64,000 nt of DNA from Emticicia sp. (GCF_043780375.1 NZ_JAYWCU010000173.1:548-64547), one strand, 5' to 3'. Positions 18,531 through 29,307 are shown, counted from the first letter of the stretch. Notes: a model not told the origin generated them from the letters alone. Translations and numbers: made by a program.

Positions 18531-21500
18531 TTGTATCTATTAAAAAAAATATCGAAATCGAAAATTCGGCAAGCAGCAATGTTCTTCCTTTTTTTGCTAT
18601 TTCCCTATTTATCCTCATACGCCCAACCTTCCGTACTTTCCAAAGGCGAATGGTATAAAATAGCCACCACACGTATGGGCGTACACAAAATTGATGCTAA
18701 TTTTTTGAAAAGAGCAGGCATTGATATTTCAAAAGTCAATCCTCAAAACCTTCGAATTTATGGAAATGGAGGTGGTTTGCTTCCCCAAGCTAATAATATT
18801 CCTCGTCCAACAGATTTAACCGAAAATGCTATTGAAGTTGTTGGTGAAAATGATGGAAAATTTGATGCTTCCGACTACATTATTTTCTATGCCGAAAGCA
18901 CACATCAAGTAATTTACAACACTGATAATCAGCAATTTACTCATCAAAACAACCCTTACTCTGATTCTACTTTTTGTTTTTTAAATATTTCTGACACAAA
19001 AGGGTTACGCATCAAAAATCAGGCTTTAGTAGCCGCTACAAAATCGGTCAATAGCTTCGATAATTTTAGTTTTCATGAAATTGACCAACGAAATATCGTT
19101 AGTTTAGGTGGTAAAGATTTGGGTGGTTCGGGGCGTGAATGGTACGGCGAGTCTTTCGGATTAAGTAACGAACAAAATTTCGAGCTAAAAACCGAAGGGA
19201 TTTTGCCCAATTCTGTCATTAAAATTACTTCTGCTGTATTGGGAACTTCATTTGTGCCAACCAAAGTCAGTATAAAATTAAATACCGATTCATTGATTGG
19301 CACTCAAAATTTAAGAACGATTGGTGCAGGAACTTATGAAGTCAAAGGCAATGAAAACATTCAAACATTTTCAAGCATTTCCAACGGAAAAAATACTCAA
19401 AAACTTAGCTTTATTTTCGATAAAAATGGTCAAAATTCATCAGTTGCTTATTTGAACTATTTTGAGATTCAAACTAAGCGAAAGTTACAGTTTTATGACC
19501 AACAAACTGTCGTTCGTTCGATAGAAAGTTTAGCAAATAAGACCACCAATTTTGTAATTTCACAAGTGAGTCTTCAACAAAGAATTTGGAATATAACCAA
19601 TCCTCTGATTCCTGAAAATATTTCTATTCAAACAAACAACTTAGAAGCAAGTTTTGGCGTAGAAACAAGTGATGTTTTGAAAACTTTTTTACTTTTTTCG
19701 GAGAATAATTTAATCGAACCAAATAATATACAAAAAATAACTAATCAAAACATTCAACAATCACAAACACCTGATTTGTTGGTAGTTACAGTAAAAAACT
19801 GGCGAGAACAAGCAGAAAAGTTAGCAGATTTTCGTAGAAAAAATGATGGTTTGTCTGTCATAGTTGTGAGTATTGACGAGATTTATAACGAATTTTCATC
19901 AGGTAAACCTGACCTGAGTGCCATTCGAGATTTTGCTCGTTTTTTATGGTTGAAAAATTCTCAAAAATTTAAATATTTATTACTTTTTGGCGATGCTACT
20001 TTTGATTATAAAAACATCATTCAATACTCGTCTGTCAACACCAATTTGATGATTCCGACTTACGAAAGTCGTGAATCGCTCGACCCAGTAAGAAGCTACG
20101 CATCGGACGACTATTTTGGATTTTTTGAAGAAACTGAAGGTCAATGGATTGAAAATGAAATCGGAAATCATACCCTCGAAATCGGCATCGGACGTTTGCC
20201 CGTAAAAACTGAAGACGAAGCAAAAAACGTGGTTGATAAGCTAATTTTCTATGCTAATAACCCAAAAACTGTTGGTAATTGGCGAGAAAAAATCAGTTTT
20301 GTAGCTGATGATGGCGACAATAATATTCACCAAAAAGATGCAGACGATATTTCAAAACTAACAGCAGAAACAAATAAACACCTGATAGTTAACAAGATAT
20401 ACGTTGATGCTTTTCCGCAAATAGCTACGGCTAATGGAGCAATTGCCCCACAAGTAAACAAAGCACTCAATAAAGCGGTCAATGAAGGTTCACTTATTAT
20501 CAATTATAGTGGGCATGGTGGCACAGACGGTTGGACAGAAGAAAAGATTTTGACCAGAGAACAAATTCAAAATTGGCGAAATCTGAATAATATGCCACTT
20601 TTTCTGACTGCCACTTGTTCATTTGGGCGTTTCGACGACCCTGCTAATGTTTCGGGTGCAGAAATGGCAATGCTTAGTCCTCGAGGGGCGGCAATTGGCT
20701 TACTTACTACCACTCGCCCCGTATATTCTAACACTAATTATTTACTAAATTCGGCATTTTACAAGGCTCTCTCGACTAAAAATAGCAATAATTCGTTACG
20801 TTTGGGCGATATTTTGAAACAAACAAAAAATAATTCTTTTAGTGGTGTAATCAACCGAAACTTCTCTCTTTTGGGCGACCCTTCAATGAAATTGGCTTAC
20901 CCAAAAGACAAAATTGTTTTAACAAAAATTAATGGCCAAAGTCCCGAAAAGCAAACATTAAAGGCTTTATCGAAAGTACAATTCGAAGGAGAAATTTTAA
21001 ACTTAGTCAATAGCACTCGCCGAACAGATTTTAATGGAAAAATACTTATTTCTGTTTTTGATAAACCTTCGGAGGTGAGTACCTTGAATCAGAAAAAAGA
21101 TGGGAAGTTTTTATACAAAGTTTATCGAAATCAAATTTTTGAAGGAAAAGTTGAAGTCAAAAATGGTATTTTCAAAGTTAATTTCATCGTACCCAAAGAC
21201 ATAAATTATCAATTGGGGCAAGGAAAAGTAAATTTCTATGCAGTTTTGGCTGATAGCACCGCCGATGCGATTGGAAGTTACGGCGAACTAATGATTGGCG
21301 GCAGCGAGACAAACATCGAAAGCGACACGCAAGCCCCCAAAATAAGCCTTTCTGTTGATGGAAACAATGTGCTGAAAGCTGATGTTTCAGACGAAAATGG
21401 CATCAATATTTCCCAAGCAGGCATCGGGCATGAAATGCTTTTGACACTCAATGATACCTTACAAATAGTTGCTAATCAATACTTTACGAGTGAAAATGAT

Positions 21501-21932
21501 TATACGAAAGGAATCATCAAATACGCTTTTGGCAAACTACCTGCGGGAGCATATACCGTTAAATTAAAAGTTTGGGATACCTATAATAATTCTGCCGAAG
21601 TATCGTTAAAGTTTATAGTAGAAAGCGAAAAATTCAAGATTTTGAGCGTTTATAATTTTCCAAATCCATTTGAAGAGTTAAGTAATTTTCACATCGAACA
21701 TAATGCTGAAAATCAAGATTTAACATTCAAAATCGAAGTTTTTGATGGTTTAGGAAAAGTTGTTTTTGAAAAACACGAAACCTGTTATTCTTGCGACAAA
21801 ACAGTAAACCTTGGCATGAATATTGAGCCAAAAAACTGGATAAAAGGCATCTATTTTTACCGAATTTCTGCCCATTCTTCTACCGAAAACACAACAAGTA
21901 CCGCATCAGGGAAAATGGTTTTTTGGAAGTAA
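18531..21932 (+). CDS. porU: T9SS C-terminal signal peptidase/sortase (C25 family)
   Basis: GEWYKI, YLLLFGDATFDY, GRLP, catalytic YSGHG and TATCSFGRFD, NFSLLGDP, C-terminal YNFPNPF domain; next to porV. Confidence 0.95.
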   Translation: MYLLKKISKSKIRQAAMFFLFLLFPYLSSYAQPSVLSKGEWYKIATTRMGVHKIDANFLKRAGIDISKVNPQNLRIYGNGGGLLPQANNIPRPTDLTENAIEVVGENDGKFDASDYIIFYAESTHQVIYNTDNQQFTHQNNPYSDSTFCFLNISDTKGLRIKNQALVAATKSVNSFDNFSFHEIDQRNIVSLGGKDLGGSGREWYGESFGLSNEQNFELKTEGILPNSVIKITSAVLGTSFVPTKVSIKLNTDSLIGTQNLRTIGAGTYEVKGNENIQTFSSISNGKNTQKLSFIFDKNGQNSSVAYLNYFEIQTKRKLQFYDQQTVVRSIESLANKTTNFVISQVSLQQRIWNITNPLIPENISIQTNNLEASFGVETSDVLKTFLLFSENNLIEPNNIQKITNQNIQQSQTPDLLVVTVKNWREQAEKLADFRRKNDGLSVIVVSIDEIYNEFSSGKPDLSAIRDFARFLWLKNSQKFKYLLLFGDATFDYKNIIQYSSVNTNLMIPTYESRESLDPVRSYASDDYFGFFEETEGQWIENEIGNHTLEIGIGRLPVKTEDEAKNVVDKLIFYANNPKTVGNWREKISFVADDGDNNIHQKDADDISKLTAETNKHLIVNKIYVDAFPQIATANGAIAPQVNKALNKAVNEGSLIINYSGHGGTDGWTEEKILTREQIQNWRNLNNMPLFLTATCSFGRFDDPANVSGAEMAMLSPRGAAIGLLTTTRPVYSNTNYLLNSAFYKALSTKNSNNSLRLGDILKQTKNNSFSGVINRNFSLLGDPSMKLAYPKDKIVLTKINGQSPEKQTLKALSKVQFEGEILNLVNSTRRTDFNGKILISVFDKPSEVSTLNQKKDGKFLYKVYRNQIFEGKVEVKNGIFKVNFIVPKDINYQLGQGKVNFYAVLADSTADAIGSYGELMIGGSETNIESDTQAPKISLSVDGNNVLKADVSDENGINISQAGIGHEMLLTLNDTLQIVANQYFTSENDYTKGIIKYAFGKLPAGAYTVKLKVWDTYNNSAEVSLKFIVESEKFKILSVYNFPNPFEELSNFHIEHNAENQDLTFKIEVFDGLGKVVFEKHETCYSCDKTVNLGMNIEPKNWIKGIYFYRISAHSSTENTTSTASGKMVFWK

Positions 21933-21946
21933 TTAAGAAAATCTGT

Positions 21947-21954
21947 TATATTTG
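21947..21954 (+). promoter_or_regulatory. -7 promoter element of porV
   Basis: TATATTTG; implies a leader of about 170 nt containing a repeat hairpin. Confidence 0.55.
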
Positions 21955-21976
21955 ACCTTATTTTTGAAACATTATA

Positions 21977-22037
21977 CGAATTACGAGATTTAGCGGCACA
22001 TAGTATTAACATATATTTTTCAAGCACTCGTAAATCG
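21977..22037. repeat. TTACGA-type inverted-arm intergenic element
   Basis: cgaattacgag (21977-87) against ctcgtaaatcg (22027-37), one mismatch. Confidence 0.55.
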
Positions 22038-22132
22038 CCATTGCACCAAACAACCGTTCAAAAATTGTAAATAGAATACTGTAAATACTATAAAAAACCT
22101 TAATCAGAAGGTAGAATATTAAAAAGTCTCAC

Positions 22133-23329
22133 ATGAAACGTAAATTATTAACCGCTTTGGCAAGTGTAGTTTTGATGAATACCTTGACGAGCCAAGCACA
22201 AGTAAATAATAAAAGCCAACAAAGAGTTATTGTGCCTGCTGTGCCTTTTCTTACTATTTCTCCCGATTCGAGAGGTGCATCAATGGGCGATGCGGGCGTA
22301 GCTTCAACACCTGATGCCAACTCAATGTATTGGAATACGGCAAAATTGGCGTTTATCGATAAAAGCATTGGTTCAACCGTTTCATACACTCCTTGGCTAC
22401 GCGATTTGGTTGATGATATGGGCCTGATTCATGCTTCTATCTTCAAAAAAGCAGCAAAAGACCAAGCATTAGGGCTTTCGATGACTTATTTTAATCAAGG
22501 CGAGATACAATTTACAACAGCTACTGGACAACCCAACGGAACTTTCCAATCAAGAGAATTTAATATTGCGGGTGGTTACAGCCGAAAGTTAGGAAGAGAT
22601 TTTTCGATGGGTCTGAATCTAAAATATATTCATTCAAATCTTATTGGTTCACAAGTAGTAAATAACTCATCAAGCAAGCCAGCCAATACTGTTGCAGGAG
22701 ATATTTCGTTCTATTATGTAAAAGAAAAACCAAGTGCAACAAGCAAGGACAAGGGCGTAATATACTCGGCAGGAGCAGTTATTCAAAATCTTGGTGGTAA
22801 AGTAAATTATGGTAGAGATGCTTATTATTTACCTACAAATCTTAAACTCGGTGGTGGCTTGAATTATAAAATTGATGCCCATAACCAATTCAATTTTTTG
22901 GTTGATGTAAATAAACTTTTAGTGCCAACTCCACCTTTGAGAAATAATACAGGAGTAATCGTGAAAGGAAAAGACCCTCAAACAACAGGAGTTATCTCAG
23001 GAATTTTTGGTTCATTCAACGATGCTCCCGATGGATTTAAAGAAGAATTAAGAGAATTTACGGGTTCATTCGGTGTAGAATATTGGTATAATAATATTTT
23101 TGCCGTTCGTGGTGGATATTTTGCAGAAAGCAATGCAAAAGGCGGTAGAAAATATGCAACAATGGGTTTAGGTTTCAGAATAAAAAATAGTTACGGTATT
23201 GACTTAGCATACTTAGTACCGACTACACAGGGTAGCCCATTGGCTAATACTTGGAGGGTTTCATTGATATTTGATATGGAAGCTAAAAAAGTAAGTAATC
23301 CAACTGAAGGCACTGGCGTAGATAATTGA
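22133..23329 (+). CDS. porV: T9SS outer-membrane shuttle protein
   Basis: AVPFLTISPDSRGASMGD, SYTPWLRDL, SFNDAPDGFKEEL, GVEYWY, LANTWRVSL. Confidence 0.96.
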   Translation: MKRKLLTALASVVLMNTLTSQAQVNNKSQQRVIVPAVPFLTISPDSRGASMGDAGVASTPDANSMYWNTAKLAFIDKSIGSTVSYTPWLRDLVDDMGLIHASIFKKAAKDQALGLSMTYFNQGEIQFTTATGQPNGTFQSREFNIAGGYSRKLGRDFSMGLNLKYIHSNLIGSQVVNNSSSKPANTVAGDISFYYVKEKPSATSKDKGVIYSAGAVIQNLGGKVNYGRDAYYLPTNLKLGGGLNYKIDAHNQFNFLVDVNKLLVPTPPLRNNTGVIVKGKDPQTTGVISGIFGSFNDAPDGFKEELREFTGSFGVEYWYNNIFAVRGGYFAESNAKGGRKYATMGLGFRIKNSYGIDLAYLVPTTQGSPLANTWRVSLIFDMEAKKVSNPTEGTGVDN

Positions 23330-23350
23330 GTAATAATAATATGAAATATT

Positions 23351-23390
23351 AACGTCAGCAGGATTTTGAATTCTGCCGACGTTTTTTTTT
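23351..23390 (+). terminator. Terminator after porV
   Basis: aacgtcagcaggatt / aattctgccgacgtt stem followed by a T run. Confidence 0.8.
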
Positions 23391-23451
23391 AAATTGGTCG
23401 CATATTTTAGGGATTTGGGCGTATATTTCTATACATTTAGCCTTTTCTGAC

Positions 23452-23459
23452 TAAATTTG
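23452..23459 (+). promoter_or_regulatory. -7 promoter element
   Basis: TAAATTTG, 25 nt before the ATG at 23485. Confidence 0.6.
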
Positions 23460-23484
23460 TTTAAGACAAAAACCATAAGTAAGA

Positions 23485-25677
23485 ATGTTTAAAACCTCTC
23501 TGACCGCTACTTTTCTATTTCTAAGCATTTTTTCTTTCGCACAAAAGAAAAACGACAAAGTCGAATACCATATTCACCGAGCTACATCGCCCATAAAAAT
23601 TGATGGTGTTGTTAATGAAAAAGGCTGGGCGGATGCTCAATTAGCTACCGATTTTTATCAAGTTTTGCCCATGGATACGTCTTATGCAAAAGTACGTACC
23701 GATGTAAAAATGACTTATGATGACAAAAATCTTTATGTTGTTTTTACCAATTATGACAAACTACCTGGGCCATATATGGTAGAATCTTTAAAACGAGATT
23801 TCAATTTTGGCAAAAACGACAACGATTTACTATTTTTAGATACTTTTAACGACCAAACCAATGGTTTTTCGTTTGGCTCTAATGCCATGGGAGCTCAATG
23901 GGACGGTCTGATGTTTAATGGAAGTAATATAAGTTTGACGTGGGAAAACAAGTGGGTTTCGGAAGTAAAATATGACGACGAAAAATGGGTTTGGGAATGT
24001 GCCATTCCGTTCAAAACCCTGCGTTATAAAAAAGGAATTACCCGTTGGGGTGTAAACTTTAGTCGTTTAGACTTAAAAACGACCGAAAAATCGTCTTGGG
24101 CTCCAGTGCCACGCCAGTTTCCGACGGCATCGCTTGCATATGCAGCTTCATTAATTTGGGACGAAGCACCGCCAACGGCTACCTCAAATATCTCGGTTAT
24201 TCCTTATATTTTGGGTGGAATAAGCCGAAACCAAGACAAAAAGCTTCCAACCAATTACAGAGGCGATATTGGCTTCGATGCAAAAGTTGGTCTTACTTCT
24301 TCATTGAATCTTGATTTAACGGTCAACCCAGATTTTTCGCAAGTTGAAGTTGACCAACAGCAAACAAATCTCGACCGATTTGAGTTGTTTTTTCCCGAAA
24401 GAAGGCAGTTTTTCTTAGAAAATGGCGATTTATTTTCCAACTTTGGTTATCAGAATCTTCGTCCGTTTTTTTCACGTCGAATCGGTTTAAATACGCCCAT
24501 TAAATTTGGGGCAAGAGTAAGTGGAAAACTCAATAAAGATTGGAGAATTGGTATTATGGACATGCAAACTGGAAAAAGTGATGCAGTCTCAAACGCCCAA
24601 AACTTTGGCGTAATTGCTTTGCAACGACAGGTTTTTGCCCGTTCAAATATTGCAGTGATGTTGATAAACAAGCAAACCATTGATTATCAGTCAGTTGCCG
24701 ACAAAAAAACAGTCAATGAATATAATCGAAACTTAGCGATTGAGTATAATTTGCTTTCACAAAACAACGCTTGGACAGGAAAACTGATGTATTTTAAGGC
24801 ATTTAGCCCGAATGCAAAAAAGGATGACGGCGTTTTTGCAGGAAATATATTGTATACCAATAAAAGGTTGACGACAGGATTTGAATTTGAGAATGTGGGC
24901 AACAATTACACTGCTGAAGTGGGTTATGTACCACGGATCAACTACGGGAAAATAAATCCTCAAGTTGGTTATTTGTTTTTTCCAAAATCGAAAAATATTT
25001 TGAGCCATGGCCCAACTGCCATGCTGACGCACTATTTTACAAAAGATTTTTCGCAAGAAACTGAAAATGAAAAATTTATATCCTACCGAATAAACTTTAG
25101 AAAAACCAATACCTTGATGGCGTGGGTGGCTCATAATTATGTGTATTTATTAAGGCCTTTTGACCCAACGAATTTTGCAGGAGTTTTCTTGCCTCGGAAT
25201 AGTGAGCACAAATGGAATTCTTTTGGACTTGATTACACATCGAAGCCCCAATCGCTACTTACTTACTTGGTCTCGAGCCGATATGGTGGCTACTATGCCA
25301 ACGGAACACGTCTCCGCCTTAATGGTGAAGTTGGTTACCGTTTTCAGCCTTATGTAGCTATCACGATGAATGCCAATTACAATCATCTGGATTTTAAATC
25401 CGACCCTATTTTACCAAAAGAATTGGTCAATAAACAATATAATTTTTGGCTTGTTGGACCTAGAATTGATGTTACTTTTACAAATAAATTATTTTTCACT
25501 AACTTTATCCAGTTCAACAATCAAAACAAAAACGTCAATCTAAATACTCGACTTCAGTGGCGTTATAGTCCAGCGTCAGATTTATTTTTGGTTTATACCG
25601 ACAACTATTATTCTGATACTTTCCAAGTTCGAAACCGAGCTTTGGTTTTGAAATTTACTTATTGGTGGAATATTTAA
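23485..25677 (+). CDS. CBM9-like domain plus DUF5916 outer-membrane protein
   Basis: PIKIDGVVNEKGW (CBM9-like), LDLTVNPDFSQVEVD, LFFPERRQFFLE, FFSRRIG, terminal FTYWWNI. Confidence 0.85.
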   Translation: MFKTSLTATFLFLSIFSFAQKKNDKVEYHIHRATSPIKIDGVVNEKGWADAQLATDFYQVLPMDTSYAKVRTDVKMTYDDKNLYVVFTNYDKLPGPYMVESLKRDFNFGKNDNDLLFLDTFNDQTNGFSFGSNAMGAQWDGLMFNGSNISLTWENKWVSEVKYDDEKWVWECAIPFKTLRYKKGITRWGVNFSRLDLKTTEKSSWAPVPRQFPTASLAYAASLIWDEAPPTATSNISVIPYILGGISRNQDKKLPTNYRGDIGFDAKVGLTSSLNLDLTVNPDFSQVEVDQQQTNLDRFELFFPERRQFFLENGDLFSNFGYQNLRPFFSRRIGLNTPIKFGARVSGKLNKDWRIGIMDMQTGKSDAVSNAQNFGVIALQRQVFARSNIAVMLINKQTIDYQSVADKKTVNEYNRNLAIEYNLLSQNNAWTGKLMYFKAFSPNAKKDDGVFAGNILYTNKRLTTGFEFENVGNNYTAEVGYVPRINYGKINPQVGYLFFPKSKNILSHGPTAMLTHYFTKDFSQETENEKFISYRINFRKTNTLMAWVAHNYVYLLRPFDPTNFAGVFLPRNSEHKWNSFGLDYTSKPQSLLTYLVSSRYGGYYANGTRLRLNGEVGYRFQPYVAITMNANYNHLDFKSDPILPKELVNKQYNFWLVGPRIDVTFTNKLFFTNFIQFNNQNKNVNLNTRLQWRYSPASDLFLVYTDNYYSDTFQVRNRALVLKFTYWWNI

Positions 25678-25681
25678 AAAC

Positions 25682-25793
25682 TTACGATTTACGAATTTCG
25701 AGTAAAAATCATATACGTTTCTGATAGTCAGCAATTTATGCATGAATTTAGTCAAACAATTTACAAATTGTAATTCGCAAATCTTAATTCGAA
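25682..25793. repeat. TTACGA-type composite intergenic element
   Basis: Heptamer run ttacgat-ttacgaa-tttcgag, central ctgatagtcag, inverted run taattcg...taattcg. Confidence 0.55.
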
Positions 25794-25797
25794 AATA

Positions 25798-26679
25798 ATG
25801 AAAGCCTTACTCCTCATTTTATTTCCTACTTTAACCTTTGCTCAAACTATGAATTTTGAGATTCAGGGGCATCGTGGCAGTCGTGGACTAATGCCCGAAA
25901 ATACTATTCCTGCTTTCAAAAAAGCAATAGATTTGGGCGTGCAAACACTCGAATTAGATGTGGTTATTTCAAAAGATAAGCAGGTGGTCGTTTCGCACGA
26001 CCCTTTTTTCAACCCCGACTGCACGACCGACCCTAAAGGAGAATTTGTTACTAAAAAAACTTCTGGCAACTTATATTTACTTGATTATCAAGATATTAAA
26101 AGATTTGACGTAGGGTCAAGAGGTAATAAAAATTTTCCCGAGCAAAAAAAAACAAGTACTTATAAGCCTTTACTGAAAGACATGATTCGGGAAAGTGAAA
26201 AGTATGCTAAGGCTAAAGGTGTTCCGCCTTTAAAATATAACATCGAAATAAAAAGCGAGGAAAAAGAATACGACAAATCGCAGCCACAAGTTGCCGAATT
26301 TTCTGATTTAGTTTATAAAGTTATTATCCAACAACTACCCGTCGAAAGAGTAACTTTACAAAGTTTCGATTATAACGTTTTGAAGCATTGGCACAAACAA
26401 ATGGAAACAGGGAAGTATCAAAAAATTGCTCTTGCAGCTTTAATTGAGCCAACTGATAATAATGACATACAACCCAATTTAGACAAACTAGGTTTTAAAC
26501 CACCTATTTGGAGTCCATATTTTATGCAATTAAATGAAACTCGTATAAAGCAATTACATGATTTAGGCATAAAAGTTATCCCATGGACAGTAAATAAGCG
26601 TGAAGAAATGGAAAAAGTGAAGGCTTTGGGTTGCGATGGACTCATTACCGACTATCCCGACCGTGCAAAAGGTTTGTGA
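25798..26679 (+). CDS. Glycerophosphodiester phosphodiesterase
   Basis: GHRGSRGLMPENT, LELDV, YNIEIK, QSFD, PWTVN, ITDYP. Confidence 0.93.
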   Translation: MKALLLILFPTLTFAQTMNFEIQGHRGSRGLMPENTIPAFKKAIDLGVQTLELDVVISKDKQVVVSHDPFFNPDCTTDPKGEFVTKKTSGNLYLLDYQDIKRFDVGSRGNKNFPEQKKTSTYKPLLKDMIRESEKYAKAKGVPPLKYNIEIKSEEKEYDKSQPQVAEFSDLVYKVIIQQLPVERVTLQSFDYNVLKHWHKQMETGKYQKIALAALIEPTDNNDIQPNLDKLGFKPPIWSPYFMQLNETRIKQLHDLGIKVIPWTVNKREEMEKVKALGCDGLITDYPDRAKGL

Positions 26680-26743
26680 GAGTCAGAAAAAAACCTTAAT
26701 TTTCCGCAAAATTCAACCTTGAGTAAGTAATATTTCAAATCCA

Positions 26744-28270
26744 ATGGCACTCCTAAACGACGTTCTCAGCTTTTTTATCAAACGCCGCATCGAACGTATT
26801 GAAGAGTTTTTGCGACACCCGATTGATACGCAGCATCGGGTTTTTCATGACCTTATCGAAAATGCTCGTTATACAGAATGGGGCTTGAAATACGACTACA
26901 ATAGCGTTGATACCATCAAAGATTTTCAGGAAAGAGTGCCTATTTCGACTTACGAAGAGCTTTTTCCATATATTGAGCGTGTCTTGAAAGGCGAGCAGAA
27001 TATACTTTGGGCATCAGACATAAAATGGTTTTCAAAATCTTCTGGTACAACCAATTCACGCAGTAAATTTATTCCCGTTTCCGACGAATCGCTCGAAGAT
27101 TGTCATTATCGTGGAGGTAAGGATATGATGACCCTCTATTTTCATAACCGTCCTGATTCAAAACTGTATGAAGGAAAAGGTCTTTCGATTGGCGGAACTT
27201 TACACCCAAATCCTTATAATATTGAAACCCAAGCGGGCGATATTTCGGCAGTAATTACCAAAAATCTTCCTGCATGGGCCGATTTTATTCGTACTCCCCC
27301 AAGTGAAATTGCATTATTAGACAATTGGGAGCAAAAAATGGAGCAAATGATTCAGATTTGTACGCCCGAAAACGTGACGAGTATTCTGGGCGTGCCAACT
27401 TGGACGGTGGTATTACTCGAAAATATGTTGGAACGGTCAGGCAAGAAGAATATGCTTGAAATTTGGCCTAATTTTGAGGTTTTTGTACATGGAGCCGTTG
27501 CTTTTCAGCCATATCGAGATTTATTTCGAACCAAACTTTTCCCATCAGACCAAGTAACTTATCTCGAAACTTATAATGCTTCTGAGGGTTTTTTTGCTAT
27601 TCAGGATGAACTTGGTAGAGTTGGTGAAATGCTTTTGATGCTTGATTATGGCGTTTTTTATGAATTTATTCCAATGGAGGAATGGGACAAAGAGCATCCT
27701 AAAACGCTGACATTGGAAGAAATAGAATTAGACAAAAATTATGCTTTGGTGATTTCGACCAATGCCGGTTTATGGCGATATAAAATTGGAGATACTATCA
27801 AGTTTACGTCGCTTGACCCTTATCGAATCAAAGTGAGCGGTCGCACTAAGCACTTTATCAATGCTTTTGGTGAAGAAATTGTTATTGAAAATGCCGATGA
27901 GGCTATTACGGAAGCCTGTGCTGCAGCAAATGCAAGCATTGTGGACTATACGGCTGGGCCAGTTTATATGGGCGACGGCAGCAAAGGTCGTCATGAATGG
28001 ATAATCGAATGCTCGCAAAAACCTGATAACGAAGTAGTTTTTATTAAGGTTTTAGACGATACACTTCGCAAAATAAACTCCGATTATGATGCCAAACGCT
28101 ACAAAGACATGGCTCTTTTGCCACCAAAAGTCCATTTCGTAGAAAACGGCACATTTTACCATTGGATGTCGAAACGAGGTAAATTAGGTGGACAAAACAA
28201 AGTTCCACGCCTAAGTAATTCACGAGAATATTTAGATGATATATTATTGATGGTCAATGAATTAGCATAA
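26744..28270 (+). CDS. GH3 family acyl-adenylate-forming protein
   Basis: KSSGTT, YNASEGFF, WRYKIGD, QNKVPRL. Confidence 0.9.
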   Translation: MALLNDVLSFFIKRRIERIEEFLRHPIDTQHRVFHDLIENARYTEWGLKYDYNSVDTIKDFQERVPISTYEELFPYIERVLKGEQNILWASDIKWFSKSSGTTNSRSKFIPVSDESLEDCHYRGGKDMMTLYFHNRPDSKLYEGKGLSIGGTLHPNPYNIETQAGDISAVITKNLPAWADFIRTPPSEIALLDNWEQKMEQMIQICTPENVTSILGVPTWTVVLLENMLERSGKKNMLEIWPNFEVFVHGAVAFQPYRDLFRTKLFPSDQVTYLETYNASEGFFAIQDELGRVGEMLLMLDYGVFYEFIPMEEWDKEHPKTLTLEEIELDKNYALVISTNAGLWRYKIGDTIKFTSLDPYRIKVSGRTKHFINAFGEEIVIENADEAITEACAAANASIVDYTAGPVYMGDGSKGRHEWIIECSQKPDNEVVFIKVLDDTLRKINSDYDAKRYKDMALLPPKVHFVENGTFYHWMSKRGKLGGQNKVPRLSNSREYLDDILLMVNELA

Positions 28271-28275
28271 AAATT

Positions 28276-28381
28276 ATTTGCGAATGACGATTTAAGATTA
28301 AAAAAGTAAATCATTGATAATCAAATAGTTATATCGCTGTCATTCGTAATCGCAGTGGCGAACCGCTCGTAATTCGTAAAT
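28276..28381. repeat. TTACGA-type composite element with TGATAATCA core and GGCGAACC module
   Basis: Arms ttgcgaatgac and gtcattcgtaa, core attgataatca, module taatcgcagtggcgaaccgctc. Confidence 0.65.
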
Positions 28382-28428
28382 ATTCCCAACATTCACTCAT
28401 TCTAACAATCACTCATTCAAAATTAAAG

Positions 28429-29283
28429 ATGAAACTATTCCGTTTTGGTGAACCAACCAAAGAAAAAACTGGTATTATTCTTTCCGATGGAAAAAAAATT
28501 GATGTATCAGCCTTTGGCGAAGATTATAACGAAAACTTCTTTGCCACCAACGGCATTCCAAGATTAGCCGATTGGCTTGAAACCAATTTGGAAAACTGTG
28601 CCGAAGTAGCCGATGATATACGTTTAGCCTCGTGCGTAGCTCGTCCATCAAAAATTATTTGTATTGGATTGAATTATGCCAAACACGCTTTGGAGTCGAG
28701 TATGCCAAAACCAACTGAACCCGTTGTTTTTTTGAAAGCAAGTTCGGCACTTTGTGGGCCAAACGATGATGTAATTATTCCCAAAAACTCTGTTAAAACC
28801 GATTGGGAAGTTGAATTGGCTTTTGTCATTGGCAAGAAAGCAAGTTATGTGAGCCAAGAAGATGCGATGAATTATATTGCGGGCTATTGCTTGCACAATG
28901 ATTATAGCGAGCGTGAATTTCAGTTGGAACGTGGCGGACAGTGGGCAAAAGGAAAAGGTTGCGATACTTTTGCTCCACTCGGGCCATTTTTGGCAACAAT
29001 AGACGAAGTAGGCGACCCACAAAATTTGAGACTTTGGCTAAAAGTAAACGATGAATTACTGCAAGATTCTAACACTGACGATATGATTTTTGATATTTCT
29101 GTCATTGTGAGTTATCTAAGTCAATTTATGACTCTGCTTCCTGGCGATGTTATTTCTACAGGAACTCCCGCTGGCGTAGGTCTTGGTTTCAAACCACCAC
29201 GCTACCTAAAAGCAGGTGATATTGTAGAGTTAGGAATCGAAAATTTGGGTACACAAAAGCAGACTGCTGTAGCCTATGTGTAA
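28429..29283 (+). CDS. Fumarylacetoacetate hydrolase family protein
   Basis: IICIGLNY, DWEVEL, HNDYSERE, KGCDTFAPLGP, ISTGTPAGVG. Confidence 0.93.
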   Translation: MKLFRFGEPTKEKTGIILSDGKKIDVSAFGEDYNENFFATNGIPRLADWLETNLENCAEVADDIRLASCVARPSKIICIGLNYAKHALESSMPKPTEPVVFLKASSALCGPNDDVIIPKNSVKTDWEVELAFVIGKKASYVSQEDAMNYIAGYCLHNDYSEREFQLERGGQWAKGKGCDTFAPLGPFLATIDEVGDPQNLRLWLKVNDELLQDSNTDDMIFDISVIVSYLSQFMTLLPGDVISTGTPAGVGLGFKPPRYLKAGDIVELGIENLGTQKQTAVAYV

Positions 29284-29307
29284 AAAACAAATAAAAGCAT
29301 TTATTAG

